NCBI GenBank assembly: GCA_015066085.1
Contig: SVPA01000008.1
Coordinates: 448 to 64,447, forward strand
Source: Oscillospiraceae bacterium
GTDB lineage: Bacteria; Bacillota; Clostridia; Oscillospirales; Acutalibacteraceae
DNA: 64,000 bases
Direction of reading: 5' to 3'
The notes below the pieces were generated by a model, which saw nothing but the letters and a program-made list of their open reading frames with translations, was not told the DNA's origin and made no database searches. This document shows positions 13,008 to 21,599 of this stretch, in pieces (position 1 is the stretch's first letter; the number at the start of each line of letters is the position of its first letter). The translations under genes were made by a program, and so were the position numbers.

Positions 13008-14072
13008 TTGAGTAAGTTTTTAAGTAGTAGGTTTTCCGCTCTAGAGCCCTATACTCCTGGCGAACAACCGCGCGATATGAAATATGTAAAACTTAATACT
13101 AACGAATCGCCCTTTCCGCCTTCTAAAAAGGTTATAAAAGCGGTAAATTCTAGCGAGGTTTTAAAACTTAACCTCTACCCCGACCCTACCGGAAAAGAAC
13201 TAATTTCCAAACTTGCGGCTACATACGGGGTAGGGGAAGAAAACGTTTTTATATCCAACGGTTCCGACGATATTTTAAACTTTTCCTTTATGGCCTTTTG
13301 CGATAAAGAAAAAGGCGTTTGTTTCCCCGAAATCAGTTACGGTTTTTACGAAGTTTACGCTAAACTTTACGGGCTTGATTATAAAAAAATCCCTCTCCGC
13401 AGTGATTTTTCTATAAACCCCGAAAACTATTATTCTTCGGGTAAAACAGTCGTTATAGCCAACCCAAACGCGCCTACAGGTCTTACCCTTTCTGCTACCG
13501 AAATAGAAGAAATACTTAAAACAAACAGCGATAGCGTAGTTATTATCGATGAAGCCTATGTTGATTTTGGCGCAGAATCCTGCGTTCAACTTACAAAACA
13601 GTACGAAAATCTAATCGTTGTTATGACCTACTCTAAATCTCGTAGTTTAGCGGGCGGTCGACTAGGTTTCGCTATTGCTAATAAAAACCTTATTGCCGAC
13701 CTTAATACTATTAAGTATTCTACCAACCCCTATAATATAAACCGCTTAACAATGGCGGCAGGTATTGCCTCATTAGACAGTGCTGACTACTATAAAAAAT
13801 GCAACCAAAATACAATAGAAGTTCGCGAATATACAAAAACTGAACTCGAAAAACGCGGCTTTGTTTTAACCGACTCAAAGGCTAACTTCCTTTTCGCGAA
13901 ACACCCTAAAATCGGGGGCGAAAAATACTATCTTGCCCTTAAATCTAAAGGCGTTTTAGTTCGCCATTTTGGTAGCGAAAAAATTAAAGATTATGTTCGA
14001 ATTACTATTGGAACAAAGGCTCAAATGGACATACTTCTTAAAACTACCGACCAAATTCTCCGCGAGGTGTAA
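13008..14072 (+). CDS. hisC: Histidinol-phosphate aminotransferase
   Basis: Class II aminotransferase with the PLP-lysine motif TYSKSRSLAGGRLGF. TTG start after aagagg. Confidence 0.9.
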   Translation: MSKFLSSRFSALEPYTPGEQPRDMKYVKLNTNESPFPPSKKVIKAVNSSEVLKLNLYPDPTGKELISKLAATYGVGEENVFISNGSDDILNFSFMAFCDKEKGVCFPEISYGFYEVYAKLYGLDYKKIPLRSDFSINPENYYSSGKTVVIANPNAPTGLTLSATEIEEILKTNSDSVVIIDEAYVDFGAESCVQLTKQYENLIVVMTYSKSRSLAGGRLGFAIANKNLIADLNTIKYSTNPYNINRLTMAAGIASLDSADYYKKCNQNTIEVREYTKTELEKRGFVLTDSKANFLFAKHPKIGGEKYYLALKSKGVLVRHFGSEKIKDYVRITIGTKAQMDILLKTTDQILREV

Positions 14073-14074
14073 TT

Positions 14075-14713
14075 ATGAGAATAGCCGAAATTAAAAGAAA
14101 AACTGCCGAAACCGATATAACCTTAACCCTTAATTTAGATGGTGAAGGTAAAAGCGAAATAAATTCGGGCAACGGTTTTATGGACCATATGTTAACCCTT
14201 TTTGCAAAACACGGCCGTTTCGACCTCACCGTTTTATGTAATGGCGATACTAATGTCGACTTTCATCACTCGGCCGAAGATATCGGTATTTGCTTAGGAC
14301 TCGCTTTTAAAGAAGCGCTAGGTGATATGAAGGGAATTTGCCGCTATGGCGATATTATTCTTCCTATGGATGAAACCCTTATTCTCTGCACAGCCGACCT
14401 ATTAAACAATAATATTAAGGATGAAAATGTTATTCTTTGCGCTACCGATATTTCGGGTAGAAGTTATTTAGGTTTAGACCTGCCTCTACCCTCTAGCCGA
14501 GTAGGCGATTTCGATACCGAACTTGTAGAAGAGTTTTTAATTGCCTTTGTAAATAATGCAAAAATTACCCTTCATATAAAGGAACTTGCGGGTAAAAACA
14601 CCCACCACATTATCGAAGGAACCTTTAAGGCTTTAGGTAGAACCCTCTCTAAAGCAGTAGGTATAAACGAAAAATTTAAAAACGATATTCCCTCCACAAA
14701 AGGAGTTCTTTAA
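14075..14713 (+). CDS. hisB: Imidazoleglycerol-phosphate dehydratase (carries a 17-codon internal duplication)
   Basis: RKTAETDI, FMDHML, HHSAEDIGI, DTELVEEF, NTHHIIEG.FKALGR and IPSTKG motifs. It is 212 aa, against about 195 aa as I recall for typical IGPDs. Confidence 0.92.
   Translation: MRIAEIKRKTAETDITLTLNLDGEGKSEINSGNGFMDHMLTLFAKHGRFDLTVLCNGDTNVDFHHSAEDIGICLGLAFKEALGDMKGICRYGDIILPMDETLILCTADLLNNNIKDENVILCATDISGRSYLGLDLPLPSSRVGDFDTELVEEFLIAFVNNAKITLHIKELAGKNTHHIIEGTFKALGRTLSKAVGINEKFKNDIPSTKGVL
14369..14470 (+). repeat. In-frame 2 x 51-nt diverged tandem duplication inside hisB
   Basis: Unit 1 (14369-14419) encodes DETLILCTADLLNNNIK and unit 2 (14420-14470) encodes DENVILCATDISGRSYL. 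At DNA level gatgaaacccttattctctgc aligns with gatgaaaatgttattctttgc. Confidence 0.6.
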
Positions 14714-15330
14714 TGATAGCAATAATTGATTACGGAGTAGGTAACCTTTTTAGTCTTTCCTCCTCCTTTAAAAGTATTGGGGCAAATACTGTTGTTACGG
14801 GCGACCCTGAAGTAATTAAAAAGGCCGAAAAATTAGTTCTCCCCGGTGTTGGCGCGTTTAGTGATGCGGCCGCAAAACTTCGCGAATCAGGGCTCGATAA
14901 GGTTATTATAGAAGAAGTAAAAAACGGCAAACCTTTGCTTGGAATCTGCCTTGGAATGCAAATGCTCTTTACCGAAAGTTTAGAGTACGGAACCCATAAA
15001 GGGCTTGGCCTTATACCGGGTTCGGTAGTTCCTATGAAGGGGGTTGTTCCGGCCGAACTAAAGGTTCCTCACATAGGTTGGAACGGCCTTATTTTCCCCG
15101 AAAACAAGCCTAAAAGTAAAATTTTTAAATACCTGAACCCCGGCGACCATATGTATTTTGTTCATTCTTTTTATGCAACAAATTGCGAAGACTATGTTTC
15201 TTCTAAAACCGAATATGGCGTGCTTCTTACCGCTTCTGCCGAAAACAAAAATGTTTACGGTGTTCAGTTTCATCCTGAAAAAAGCGGTGAAAAAGGCCTA
15301 TTAATACTTAAAGCATTTTGTGAACTATAG
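14713..15330 (+). CDS. hisH: Imidazole glycerol phosphate synthase, glutamine amidotransferase subunit
   Basis: Class I GATase triad context: GICLGMQ and QFHPEKS. Confidence 0.93.
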   Translation: MIAIIDYGVGNLFSLSSSFKSIGANTVVTGDPEVIKKAEKLVLPGVGAFSDAAAKLRESGLDKVIIEEVKNGKPLLGICLGMQMLFTESLEYGTHKGLGLIPGSVVPMKGVVPAELKVPHIGWNGLIFPENKPKSKIFKYLNPGDHMYFVHSFYATNCEDYVSSKTEYGVLLTASAENKNVYGVQFHPEKSGEKGLLILKAFCEL

Positions 15331-15342
15331 AGGATAAGTTTT

Positions 15343-16056
15343 ATGAATATTTTTCCTGCAATCGACCTTTTTAGCGGCAAAGCCGTTCGACTATTTAAGG
15401 GCGATTATAACCAGATGACAATTTATAGCGACGCTCCCGAAAAGGTTGCGCTCTACTTTAAAGAGTGCGGCGCCGAGTATATACATTTAGTAGATTTAGA
15501 GGGCGCTAAATCGGGCGAAACCCCCAACTTTGAAACCATAAAGAAAATTATCGAGGTTTCGGGTCTAAAGGCCGAAATCGGTGGCGGTATTCGTAGCGAA
15601 GAGGTTATCGATAAATATATAAACGCCGGCGCATACCGCGTTATTTTAGGTACTGCGGCCGCTACTAATCCCGAGTTTTTAGAAAAGGCAGTTAAAAAAT
15701 ATGGTGATAAGATTGCCGTTGGTTGCGACCTTTTAAATGGTAAAGTTGCTACAAAGGGTTGGACCGATACTACCAACGAAACGGGCGAAGAATTTTTTGC
15801 TCGCGCCCAAAAACTCGGTATTAAAACGGTTATTTGTACCGACATTAGTCGCGACGGCGCTATGAAAGGCACTAATTTAGAACTTTATAAAAACCTTTCT
15901 GAAAAATTTAGCATTAACATTATCGCATCGGGTGGCGTTACCGATATGTCCGATATTGAAAACCTTAACAAAATGGACATCTACGGAGCCATTTTAGGTA
16001 AAGCCATATACACAGGCAACATTAACCTTAAATCTGCAATAGAGGCTACAAAATAA
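15343..16056 (+). CDS. hisA: ProFAR isomerase (1-(5-phosphoribosyl)-5-[(5-phosphoribosylamino)methylideneamino]imidazole-4-carboxamide isomerase)
   Basis: IFPAIDL..GK.VRL.KGDY, DLEGAK, GGGIRS and SGGV motifs of the HisA (beta/alpha)8 barrel. Confidence 0.93.
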   Translation: MNIFPAIDLFSGKAVRLFKGDYNQMTIYSDAPEKVALYFKECGAEYIHLVDLEGAKSGETPNFETIKKIIEVSGLKAEIGGGIRSEEVIDKYINAGAYRVILGTAAATNPEFLEKAVKKYGDKIAVGCDLLNGKVATKGWTDTTNETGEEFFARAQKLGIKTVICTDISRDGAMKGTNLELYKNLSEKFSINIIASGGVTDMSDIENLNKMDIYGAILGKAIYTGNINLKSAIEATK

Positions 16057-16814
16057 TGATAACTAAAAGAATAATCCCTTGTTTAGATGTAAAAGACGGT
16101 AGGGTAGTAAAGGGCGTAAACTTTCTAGGTTTGGCCGACGTTTCTTCCCCCGTAAAACTTGCCGAGTTTTATAGCCAAAACGGTGCTGATGAACTCGTTT
16201 TTTACGACATTACCGCTTCTAGCGACGGCCGTAAACTCTTTACCGAAATTTTAACCGAAGTTGCTTCTAAAATTTTTATTCCCTTAACCGTTGGTGGCGG
16301 AATAAATACATTAGACGATTTCGATAGGGTGCTTAAGTGCGGTGCCGATAAGGTAAGCGTAAATTCGGGCGCTATTAAAAACCCTAACCTTATTGCCGAG
16401 GCGGCTAAGAAATACGGCGACCAATGTGTTGTTCTTTCGGCCGATATTAAACGAGTAAACGGTAAATTTACCCTTTTTGCAAAGGGGGGCCGAGAAAACA
16501 CCTGTATCGACGCTATCGAATGGATCAAACGCGGTGCCGAAAACGGTGCGGGAGAAATTGTTGTTAACTCTATCGATACCGACGGTGTTAAAAACGGGTT
16601 CGACCTTAATATGTTAGAGGCTGTGTGCAGTGCCGTAAATGTTCCCGTAATCGCTTCGGGCGGCGCCGGTAACATTGACCATTTTAAAACACTATTCAGT
16701 ACCTTACCTAAGGTAGATGCGGGCCTTGCCGCCTCTATTTTCCACTTTGGAGAGGTAAGTATTAAAGACCTTAAAGAAGAACTTTATTTAAACGGAGTAA
16801 ACGTTAGGAGATAG
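16056..16814 (+). CDS. hisF: Imidazole glycerol phosphate synthase cyclase subunit
   Basis: KRIIPCLDVKDGRVVKG, ADELVFYDITAS, VGGGI and ASGGAG motifs. Confidence 0.95.
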   Translation: MITKRIIPCLDVKDGRVVKGVNFLGLADVSSPVKLAEFYSQNGADELVFYDITASSDGRKLFTEILTEVASKIFIPLTVGGGINTLDDFDRVLKCGADKVSVNSGAIKNPNLIAEAAKKYGDQCVVLSADIKRVNGKFTLFAKGGRENTCIDAIEWIKRGAENGAGEIVVNSIDTDGVKNGFDLNMLEAVCSAVNVPVIASGGAGNIDHFKTLFSTLPKVDAGLAASIFHFGEVSIKDLKEELYLNGVNVRR

Positions 16815-16817
16815 TTT

Positions 16818-17468
16818 ATGTTAGATATAAATACCCTTAAATTTGACGAAAAAGGCTTAATTCCTGCAATAGTTGTAGACGCAACTTCTAAAAAGGTTTT
16901 AACCCTTGCCTATATGAATAAAGAAAGTTTAGAAATTTCGATTAAAGAGCAAAAAACCTGTTTCTACTCCCGTTCAAGAAATGAACTTTGGAGAAAGGGC
17001 GAAACCTCGGGCAATTTCCAACATATTGTTAGCATTACTGCCGACTGCGATAACGACGCATTGGTTGTTTTAGTTAATAAAGACGGTCCCGCTTGCCATA
17101 CCGGTACCGACTCTTGCTTTACTAAAACTGTTTTCGAAAGCGATACTAATTCGGTCTTTTCTATGGACACCCTTTATAACCTTTTAGTAGGCCGTAAAAA
17201 TGATAAACCCGAAGGTTCTTATACTACCTACCTTTTCGAAAAGGGAATAGATAAAATTCTTAAAAAGGTAGGCGAAGAATGTACCGAAGTTATTATTGGT
17301 GCTAAATCGGGCGATAAGGCCGAAACGGTTTACGAAATTGCCGACCTCGCTTATCATGTAATGGTTTTAATGGTTGAAATGGGAATTTCTGTAGACGATA
17401 TTAAGGCCGAACTCGCTTCCCGTCATATAATCGACCATAAGGTTAAACAGGAGAAAATGACTAAATGA
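16818..17468 (+). CDS. hisI: Bifunctional phosphoribosyl-AMP cyclohydrolase / phosphoribosyl-ATP pyrophosphatase
   Basis: The N-terminal HisI domain has the SRSR.ELW.KGETSG and DCD.DAL...V...GPACHTG motifs. The C-terminal HisE domain has the KK.GEE..E and E.ADL.YH motifs. Confidence 0.93.
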   Translation: MLDINTLKFDEKGLIPAIVVDATSKKVLTLAYMNKESLEISIKEQKTCFYSRSRNELWRKGETSGNFQHIVSITADCDNDALVVLVNKDGPACHTGTDSCFTKTVFESDTNSVFSMDTLYNLLVGRKNDKPEGSYTTYLFEKGIDKILKKVGEECTEVIIGAKSGDKAETVYEIADLAYHVMVLMVEMGISVDDIKAELASRHIIDHKVKQEKMTK

Positions 17469-18277
17469 TTTGTGACCTTCACACTCATACAACCTATTGC
17501 GATGGCGCGAATACTCCAAAGGAAATGCTGCTTTCTGCAATAGAAAAAGGCCTTAAAACTTACGGCTTTTCTTCCCATTCGTATTTAAGTTTTGACAGTT
17601 CTTGGAATATGAATGAGAACGAGCAGAAAAAGTATATTGCCGAAATACTCTCTCTTCGTGATAAATATAAAGACCAAATTGATGTTTTGCTCGGCACCGA
17701 GTATGACCTGTTAAGCGAAATAGACCTTACGCCCTTTGATTATGTTATAGGCTCATGTCACGGCTTTTTCAAAGACGGCAACTATATCTCGGTTGACCAT
17801 AGCCAAAAGGTCTTTGAAGAAGTTTTAGAACGTTTTTACGGCGGTGACGCTTACGCCTTTGCAAGTGATTATTTTGAAAAAATGACAACCGCGTCTGACA
17901 AAAAGGAAATAACCTTTTTCGGTCACTTCGACCTTATAAATAAGTTTAATAGGGATTTCAGGTTTTTTGATGAAAATAATATAAGATATAAAAATCCAAT
18001 GCTTTGTGCCCTTGAGAAACTTGCCAAAACAGAAAAGCCTTTTGAACTTAATACTTCTCATACATTCCGCCAAAACGAAAAAGAGGCTTCTGTTTCGGCT
18101 CGCTGTTGGCTGTCTGCCCTTTGTGAAATGGGCGGAAAAATAATCATAAACAGCGACGCCCATAGTACCGACAGAATAGGCTATAACTTTGAGAACGCTA
18201 AAGCATTCGCCAAAGACTGCGGTTTTAAAACTGTCCTTGCTTTAACCGGTAACGGTTTTTGTGAAATTAAACTTTAA
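17465..18277 (+). CDS. hisK: Histidinol-phosphatase, PHP family (HisJ/HisK type)
   Basis: PHP-domain N-terminus [12 protein letters not shown], plus later H/D ligands (SSHS, GHFD, NSDAH). 4-nt overlap with hisIE, at the end of the his operon. Confidence 0.8.
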   Translation: MICDLHTHTTYCDGANTPKEMLLSAIEKGLKTYGFSSHSYLSFDSSWNMNENEQKKYIAEILSLRDKYKDQIDVLLGTEYDLLSEIDLTPFDYVIGSCHGFFKDGNYISVDHSQKVFEEVLERFYGGDAYAFASDYFEKMTTASDKKEITFFGHFDLINKFNRDFRFFDENNIRYKNPMLCALEKLAKTEKPFELNTSHTFRQNEKEASVSARCWLSALCEMGGKIIINSDAHSTDRIGYNFENAKAFAKDCGFKTVLALTGNGFCEIKL

Positions 18278-18282
18278 CAAAA

Positions 18283-18321
18283 AAACTTCCTAAACCTTAA
18301 AAGTTTAGGAAGTTTTTTGTT
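18283..18321. terminator. Bidirectional rho-independent terminator between the convergent his operon and ACP gene
   Basis: Stem aaacttcctaaac / gtttaggaagttt, flanked by an A-run on the left and a T-run on the right. Confidence 0.8.
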
Positions 18322-18324
18322 TTA

Positions 18325-18546
18325 TTATATTCTGCTTTCAAGATATCCGCAGACATCGCCAACCGTTTCAAAATAAACAAATTCGGTAAACTTAAAACCA
18401 AATGCATCCTCAATCTCCATTGAAAGCATCATAAGAGCGAGCGAGTCAAAACCAAGGTCCTCAATAAGACGGGTATCTTCCGTAATAGTTGAAAGGTCAA
18501 TATCAGGGAGTATGTTTGCGAGCAATTCTTTTAACTGTTCAAGCAT
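18325..18546 (-). CDS. Acyl carrier protein, specialised (non-housekeeping-like)
   Basis: 73 aa. The phosphopantetheine attachment motif is LGFDSLALMML (Ser in DSL). GGAGAA RBS inside the 3' end of the upstream gene. The start lies 2 nt after the stop of the GNAT-like gene. Confidence 0.8.
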   Translation of the reverse strand: MLEQLKELLANILPDIDLSTITEDTRLIEDLGFDSLALMMLSMEIEDAFGFKFTEFVYFETVGDVCGYLESRI

Positions 18547-18548
18547 AT

Positions 18549-19673
18549 TTATTCTCCAATCTTTTTAATATAAGAGCGTCTGCGTTTGTGCTGACGGGCA
18601 GAAAAATATTTCCACTGCGACTGAACCGCCGTGTTTGTTTCAAGGTTAAGGTTTGTTTCACAGGATAAAATCTTGCCCTCTTCAAGAACATCAAGCAGCG
18701 TGTCCACAATAACCGCATTAACCCCTGAATTCTGATATTTGGGTCTAACGGCTACAAGACCCAAGTCGAGTACTTTTGGATTTTTAACAATCTTTAAAAG
18801 TCTTAAAAGAGCAAAAGGGGTGAGCCTTCCTCCGCTTTTTTTAAAAGCGTCCCCAATTGCAGGGAAACAAAGACCAAGCGCTACAACATCATCATTTTCG
18901 TCACAAATAAAAATAACATACTTTTTGTTTATGATTAACATAAACTGGCCGATAAGTTCGTCTTGAGCCTCTTTTGAAATAGGAACCGTTCCGTAAAGAT
19001 GACGGTAACATTCATCAATGCAGTCAAAAAAACCGTCTCGGTATTTGTTTATGTACTTTCTCTTAGATAAATTAGTATCTGCAAGATGAAGTTTGTTAAG
19101 TTCAAGGCTTCGGTTTGCAACCTTTTTTAACATAAGGTTTCGGTTCTCCGGCTTTTTAAGTTCATATTCAAGCCAGTCAACGTCCTTCTTTAAACCGGCA
19201 CCCTCTAAAAGTCTGCCGTAATATTCGAAGTTGTACTGCTCTTCAAAGGTTGAGTTTTCGCTAAACCCCTCAACAAGCAGTCCCTCTCGGTCAAGGTCGC
19301 TAAATCCAAGCGGACCGCAGATTTCGGTCATGTTGTTTTCTGTTCCCCAGTTTTCAACCGCCGAAATTAAGGCCGAGGCTACCTCTTGGTCGTCTACACA
19401 GTCAAATCTTGTAAAACGCACTTGCGAAACCTTGTGAATACTATTAAACTGGTGCTGAATGATTCCGTGAATTCTTCCGACAGTATTCCCGTCCCTTTCA
19501 GCAAGAAAGAAAACCGAAGAAGAATCATTTGAATTTCCGCCCGATTTAAGAAGTTTCTTTTCGTCACTATAAAGAGGAGGAACAAAATAGGGGCAATTTT
19601 TATAAAGTCTTAAAGGAAACTCAATAAATTCTTTAATATCGTGCCGATTTTTAACCTCTCTTATTTCTACCAT
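18549..19673 (-). CDS. Uncharacterised two-lobed GNAT-like (acyltransferase-fold) protein, 374 aa
   Basis: I trimmed the start to the ATG at 19673 (MVEIREVKNRHDIKEFIEFPLRLYKNCPYFVPPL), which follows GGAGGA and lies 1 nt after the degV stop. The remaining ORF-track N-terminus overlaps degV. The C-terminal part (LGLVAVRPKYQNSGVNAVI) resembles an acetyl/acyl-CoA-binding GNAT motif A. GPLGFSDLDREGLLVEGF is another motif that looks conserved to me, from recollection of similar sequences. Confidence 0.55.
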   Translation of the reverse strand: MVEIREVKNRHDIKEFIEFPLRLYKNCPYFVPPLYSDEKKLLKSGGNSNDSSSVFFLAERDGNTVGRIHGIIQHQFNSIHKVSQVRFTRFDCVDDQEVASALISAVENWGTENNMTEICGPLGFSDLDREGLLVEGFSENSTFEEQYNFEYYGRLLEGAGLKKDVDWLEYELKKPENRNLMLKKVANRSLELNKLHLADTNLSKRKYINKYRDGFFDCIDECYRHLYGTVPISKEAQDELIGQFMLIINKKYVIFICDENDDVVALGLCFPAIGDAFKKSGGRLTPFALLRLLKIVKNPKVLDLGLVAVRPKYQNSGVNAVIVDTLLDVLEEGKILSCETNLNLETNTAVQSQWKYFSARQHKRRRSYIKKIGE

Positions 19674-19674
19674 A

Positions 19675-20577
19675 TCAGTCCTCCAACGGCTCGTCTTCTC
19701 TGCGAAGAAACGCAAGACCGTACCCCGCAAGCCAAGGTCCGTTATGACAACCGCTGACAGGGGACATAATAACTGCTTCGTGGTTGGTTTCAATACCGAA
19801 TTTACCCTCAATATCTTTAAGTGTAGTTATAAGGGACGGTCCTGTATATATGTGCCAAAGCAGATAATCTTTCGGGTCACGGTCGCCTATGATTTCTTTA
19901 AGAATTTCACAGGTTCTTGCAAGGGCTTTCTTTTGTGTGCGAACGCTTTCAAGGGCAACACACTCTCCGTCCTTGTTGAAGTGGACAACAGGGCAAATAT
20001 TAAGCATTTGTCCCATAAAAGCCTTTCCGCCTTTAAGTCTTCCGTTGTAAATAAGATAATCAAGTTTTCCGTCAATGCCCATAAATACCTGACGCTTCAT
20101 CATCCACTTAATTTCTTTTAAGATTTCCTCGCTTGACATACCCTTGTCAGCAAATTCTTTTGCCTTAATCGCAAGCAAACCTTCACCGAAACAAGTGATT
20201 TTTGTATCAATTACATTAATTTTAAGACGGTCTTCATATTCCTTTGCAATAAGGCAAATTTTGTTGTATGTGCCGCCAAGTGCCGACGAAATTGCAAAAA
20301 CCATTGCCTCGTCATAACCTTCTGCAATTGCGTTTTCAAAACAATCCTGAATATCTTTTGTGTCTGGCATACCCGTGTGGGGAAGATTGTTTTTTGGGTT
20401 CTCAATGGTTTCAAGTTTTTCGTAAAAATCTACAGGGTCAAGGTCGAGTCCCTCTTTATATTCTTTTCCCTCAAAGAATATATGAACTCTTATAATGTCA
20501 ATACCAAGGTTTCTGTAGCGTTCAGGTGCATATTCTATACAGCCTGTTGATGTGCACATAATTTTAATTTTAGACAT
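19675..20577 (-). CDS. DegV family fatty-acid-binding protein (FakB-like)
   Basis: DegV-family length (300 aa) and pattern (I.....STG......Y..LGIDI...H; SS.LGGTY; P..G.H.GP). RBS gagagg. Confidence 0.85.
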   Translation of the reverse strand: MSKIKIMCTSTGCIEYAPERYRNLGIDIIRVHIFFEGKEYKEGLDLDPVDFYEKLETIENPKNNLPHTGMPDTKDIQDCFENAIAEGYDEAMVFAISSALGGTYNKICLIAKEYEDRLKINVIDTKITCFGEGLLAIKAKEFADKGMSSEEILKEIKWMMKRQVFMGIDGKLDYLIYNGRLKGGKAFMGQMLNICPVVHFNKDGECVALESVRTQKKALARTCEILKEIIGDRDPKDYLLWHIYTGPSLITTLKDIEGKFGIETNHEAVIMSPVSGCHNGPWLAGYGLAFLRREDEPLED

Positions 20578-20591
20578 TATTTTTACCTCTC

Positions 20592-21581
20592 TTAAATTGT
20601 ATTTTTTGCGGTGTCGAAAATCTCTTTGTTTTGAGCAATATTAAGAAACATTTGAGAAATCGAGGTAATAACCTTTTCGCCCGAATTACCCCTTGCTTTT
20701 ATAACGGGTTTTTTAAGACCTAAAATATTTCCTCCGCCAAGAGAACCGATATCATAAACACTCATAAGGTGGTTAGCAAGGGCTAAAACCTCGTTTGAAC
20801 CTTCTCTTTTTGCGTATTTTACAATATCCGTAATAATTCTTGTAGCCGTGCCTTCGGTAACCTTAAATACTTGATTTCCGGCAAAACCGTCGCAAACAAG
20901 AACGTCGCATTCGCCGGAGAGAGCACGGTTGCCCTCAATGTTTCCAATAAAGCAAAGTCGCTCGTCTTCGGCTAAAATGGGGAAGGTTTCTTTAACCAAA
21001 GCGTTTCCCTTTGAAGCCTCTGCCCCGTTAGATAAGAGGGCAACCTTTGGGTTTTCTATGCGATAGGTATCACGCATAAATTCGGAACCGAGCAGTGCAA
21101 AATGATGCAACATTTCGGGGGTACAGTCGATAGTAGCGCCTGTGTCAACAAGGCAGGTGAATGACCCGTCTTGACAGGGGAGAACCGCCGACAAACAAGG
21201 TCTTACCCTTCTTTCTTTCGAGAGATGTCGCATACCTCCCGCAAGAAGAACTCCTGTATTTCCCGCCGAAATCATTCCGAAAAGGTCGTCCCTTTCAGAA
21301 AGGGCTTTAAGGGCAACAAGCATTGAAGAGTTGGGCTTTTTGAAAATTGCGTCTCCCGGCTTGTCAAAATTTGTAACCTCGTCTTTAGCGTCTAAAATTT
21401 CAACTCTATCCATCGGCATATCAAGTTTACTGCATTCTTCGGCGATAAACTCTTCGTCGCCAACAAGAACAAAAGCAATATCGGGTAGTTTTTTAAGGGC
21501 AAGAGCGGCCCCACTAATAAAAACCGAAGGTCCGTTATCAGAACCCTTTGTATCTATTACAACTTTAATAGGACTAATCAT
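20592..21581 (-). CDS. plsX: Phosphate acyltransferase PlsX (acyl-ACP:phosphate transacylase), divergent N-terminus
   Basis: SAGNTGVLLAG, VDTGATIDC, LLSNGAE..KGN, DVLVCDGFAGNQ and KARGNS motifs. The N-terminal motif reads VIDTKGSDNGP, where Bacillus-type PlsX has AVDAMGGD.AP. RBS aggagg. Confidence 0.85.
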   Translation of the reverse strand: MISPIKVVIDTKGSDNGPSVFISGAALALKKLPDIAFVLVGDEEFIAEECSKLDMPMDRVEILDAKDEVTNFDKPGDAIFKKPNSSMLVALKALSERDDLFGMISAGNTGVLLAGGMRHLSKERRVRPCLSAVLPCQDGSFTCLVDTGATIDCTPEMLHHFALLGSEFMRDTYRIENPKVALLSNGAEASKGNALVKETFPILAEDERLCFIGNIEGNRALSGECDVLVCDGFAGNQVFKVTEGTATRIITDIVKYAKREGSNEVLALANHLMSVYDIGSLGGGNILGLKKPVIKARGNSGEKVITSISQMFLNIAQNKEIFDTAKNTI

Positions 21582-21599
21582 AATTACCTCCTAAATTAC

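Noticed and set aside
19674-19811. 46-codon N-terminal extension of the GNAT-like ORF (ORF track start at 19811)
   Set aside because: The extension overlaps the 3' end of degV and has no RBS. The ATG at 19673 is preceded by GGAGGA and begins a plausible N-terminus (MVEIREVK...).
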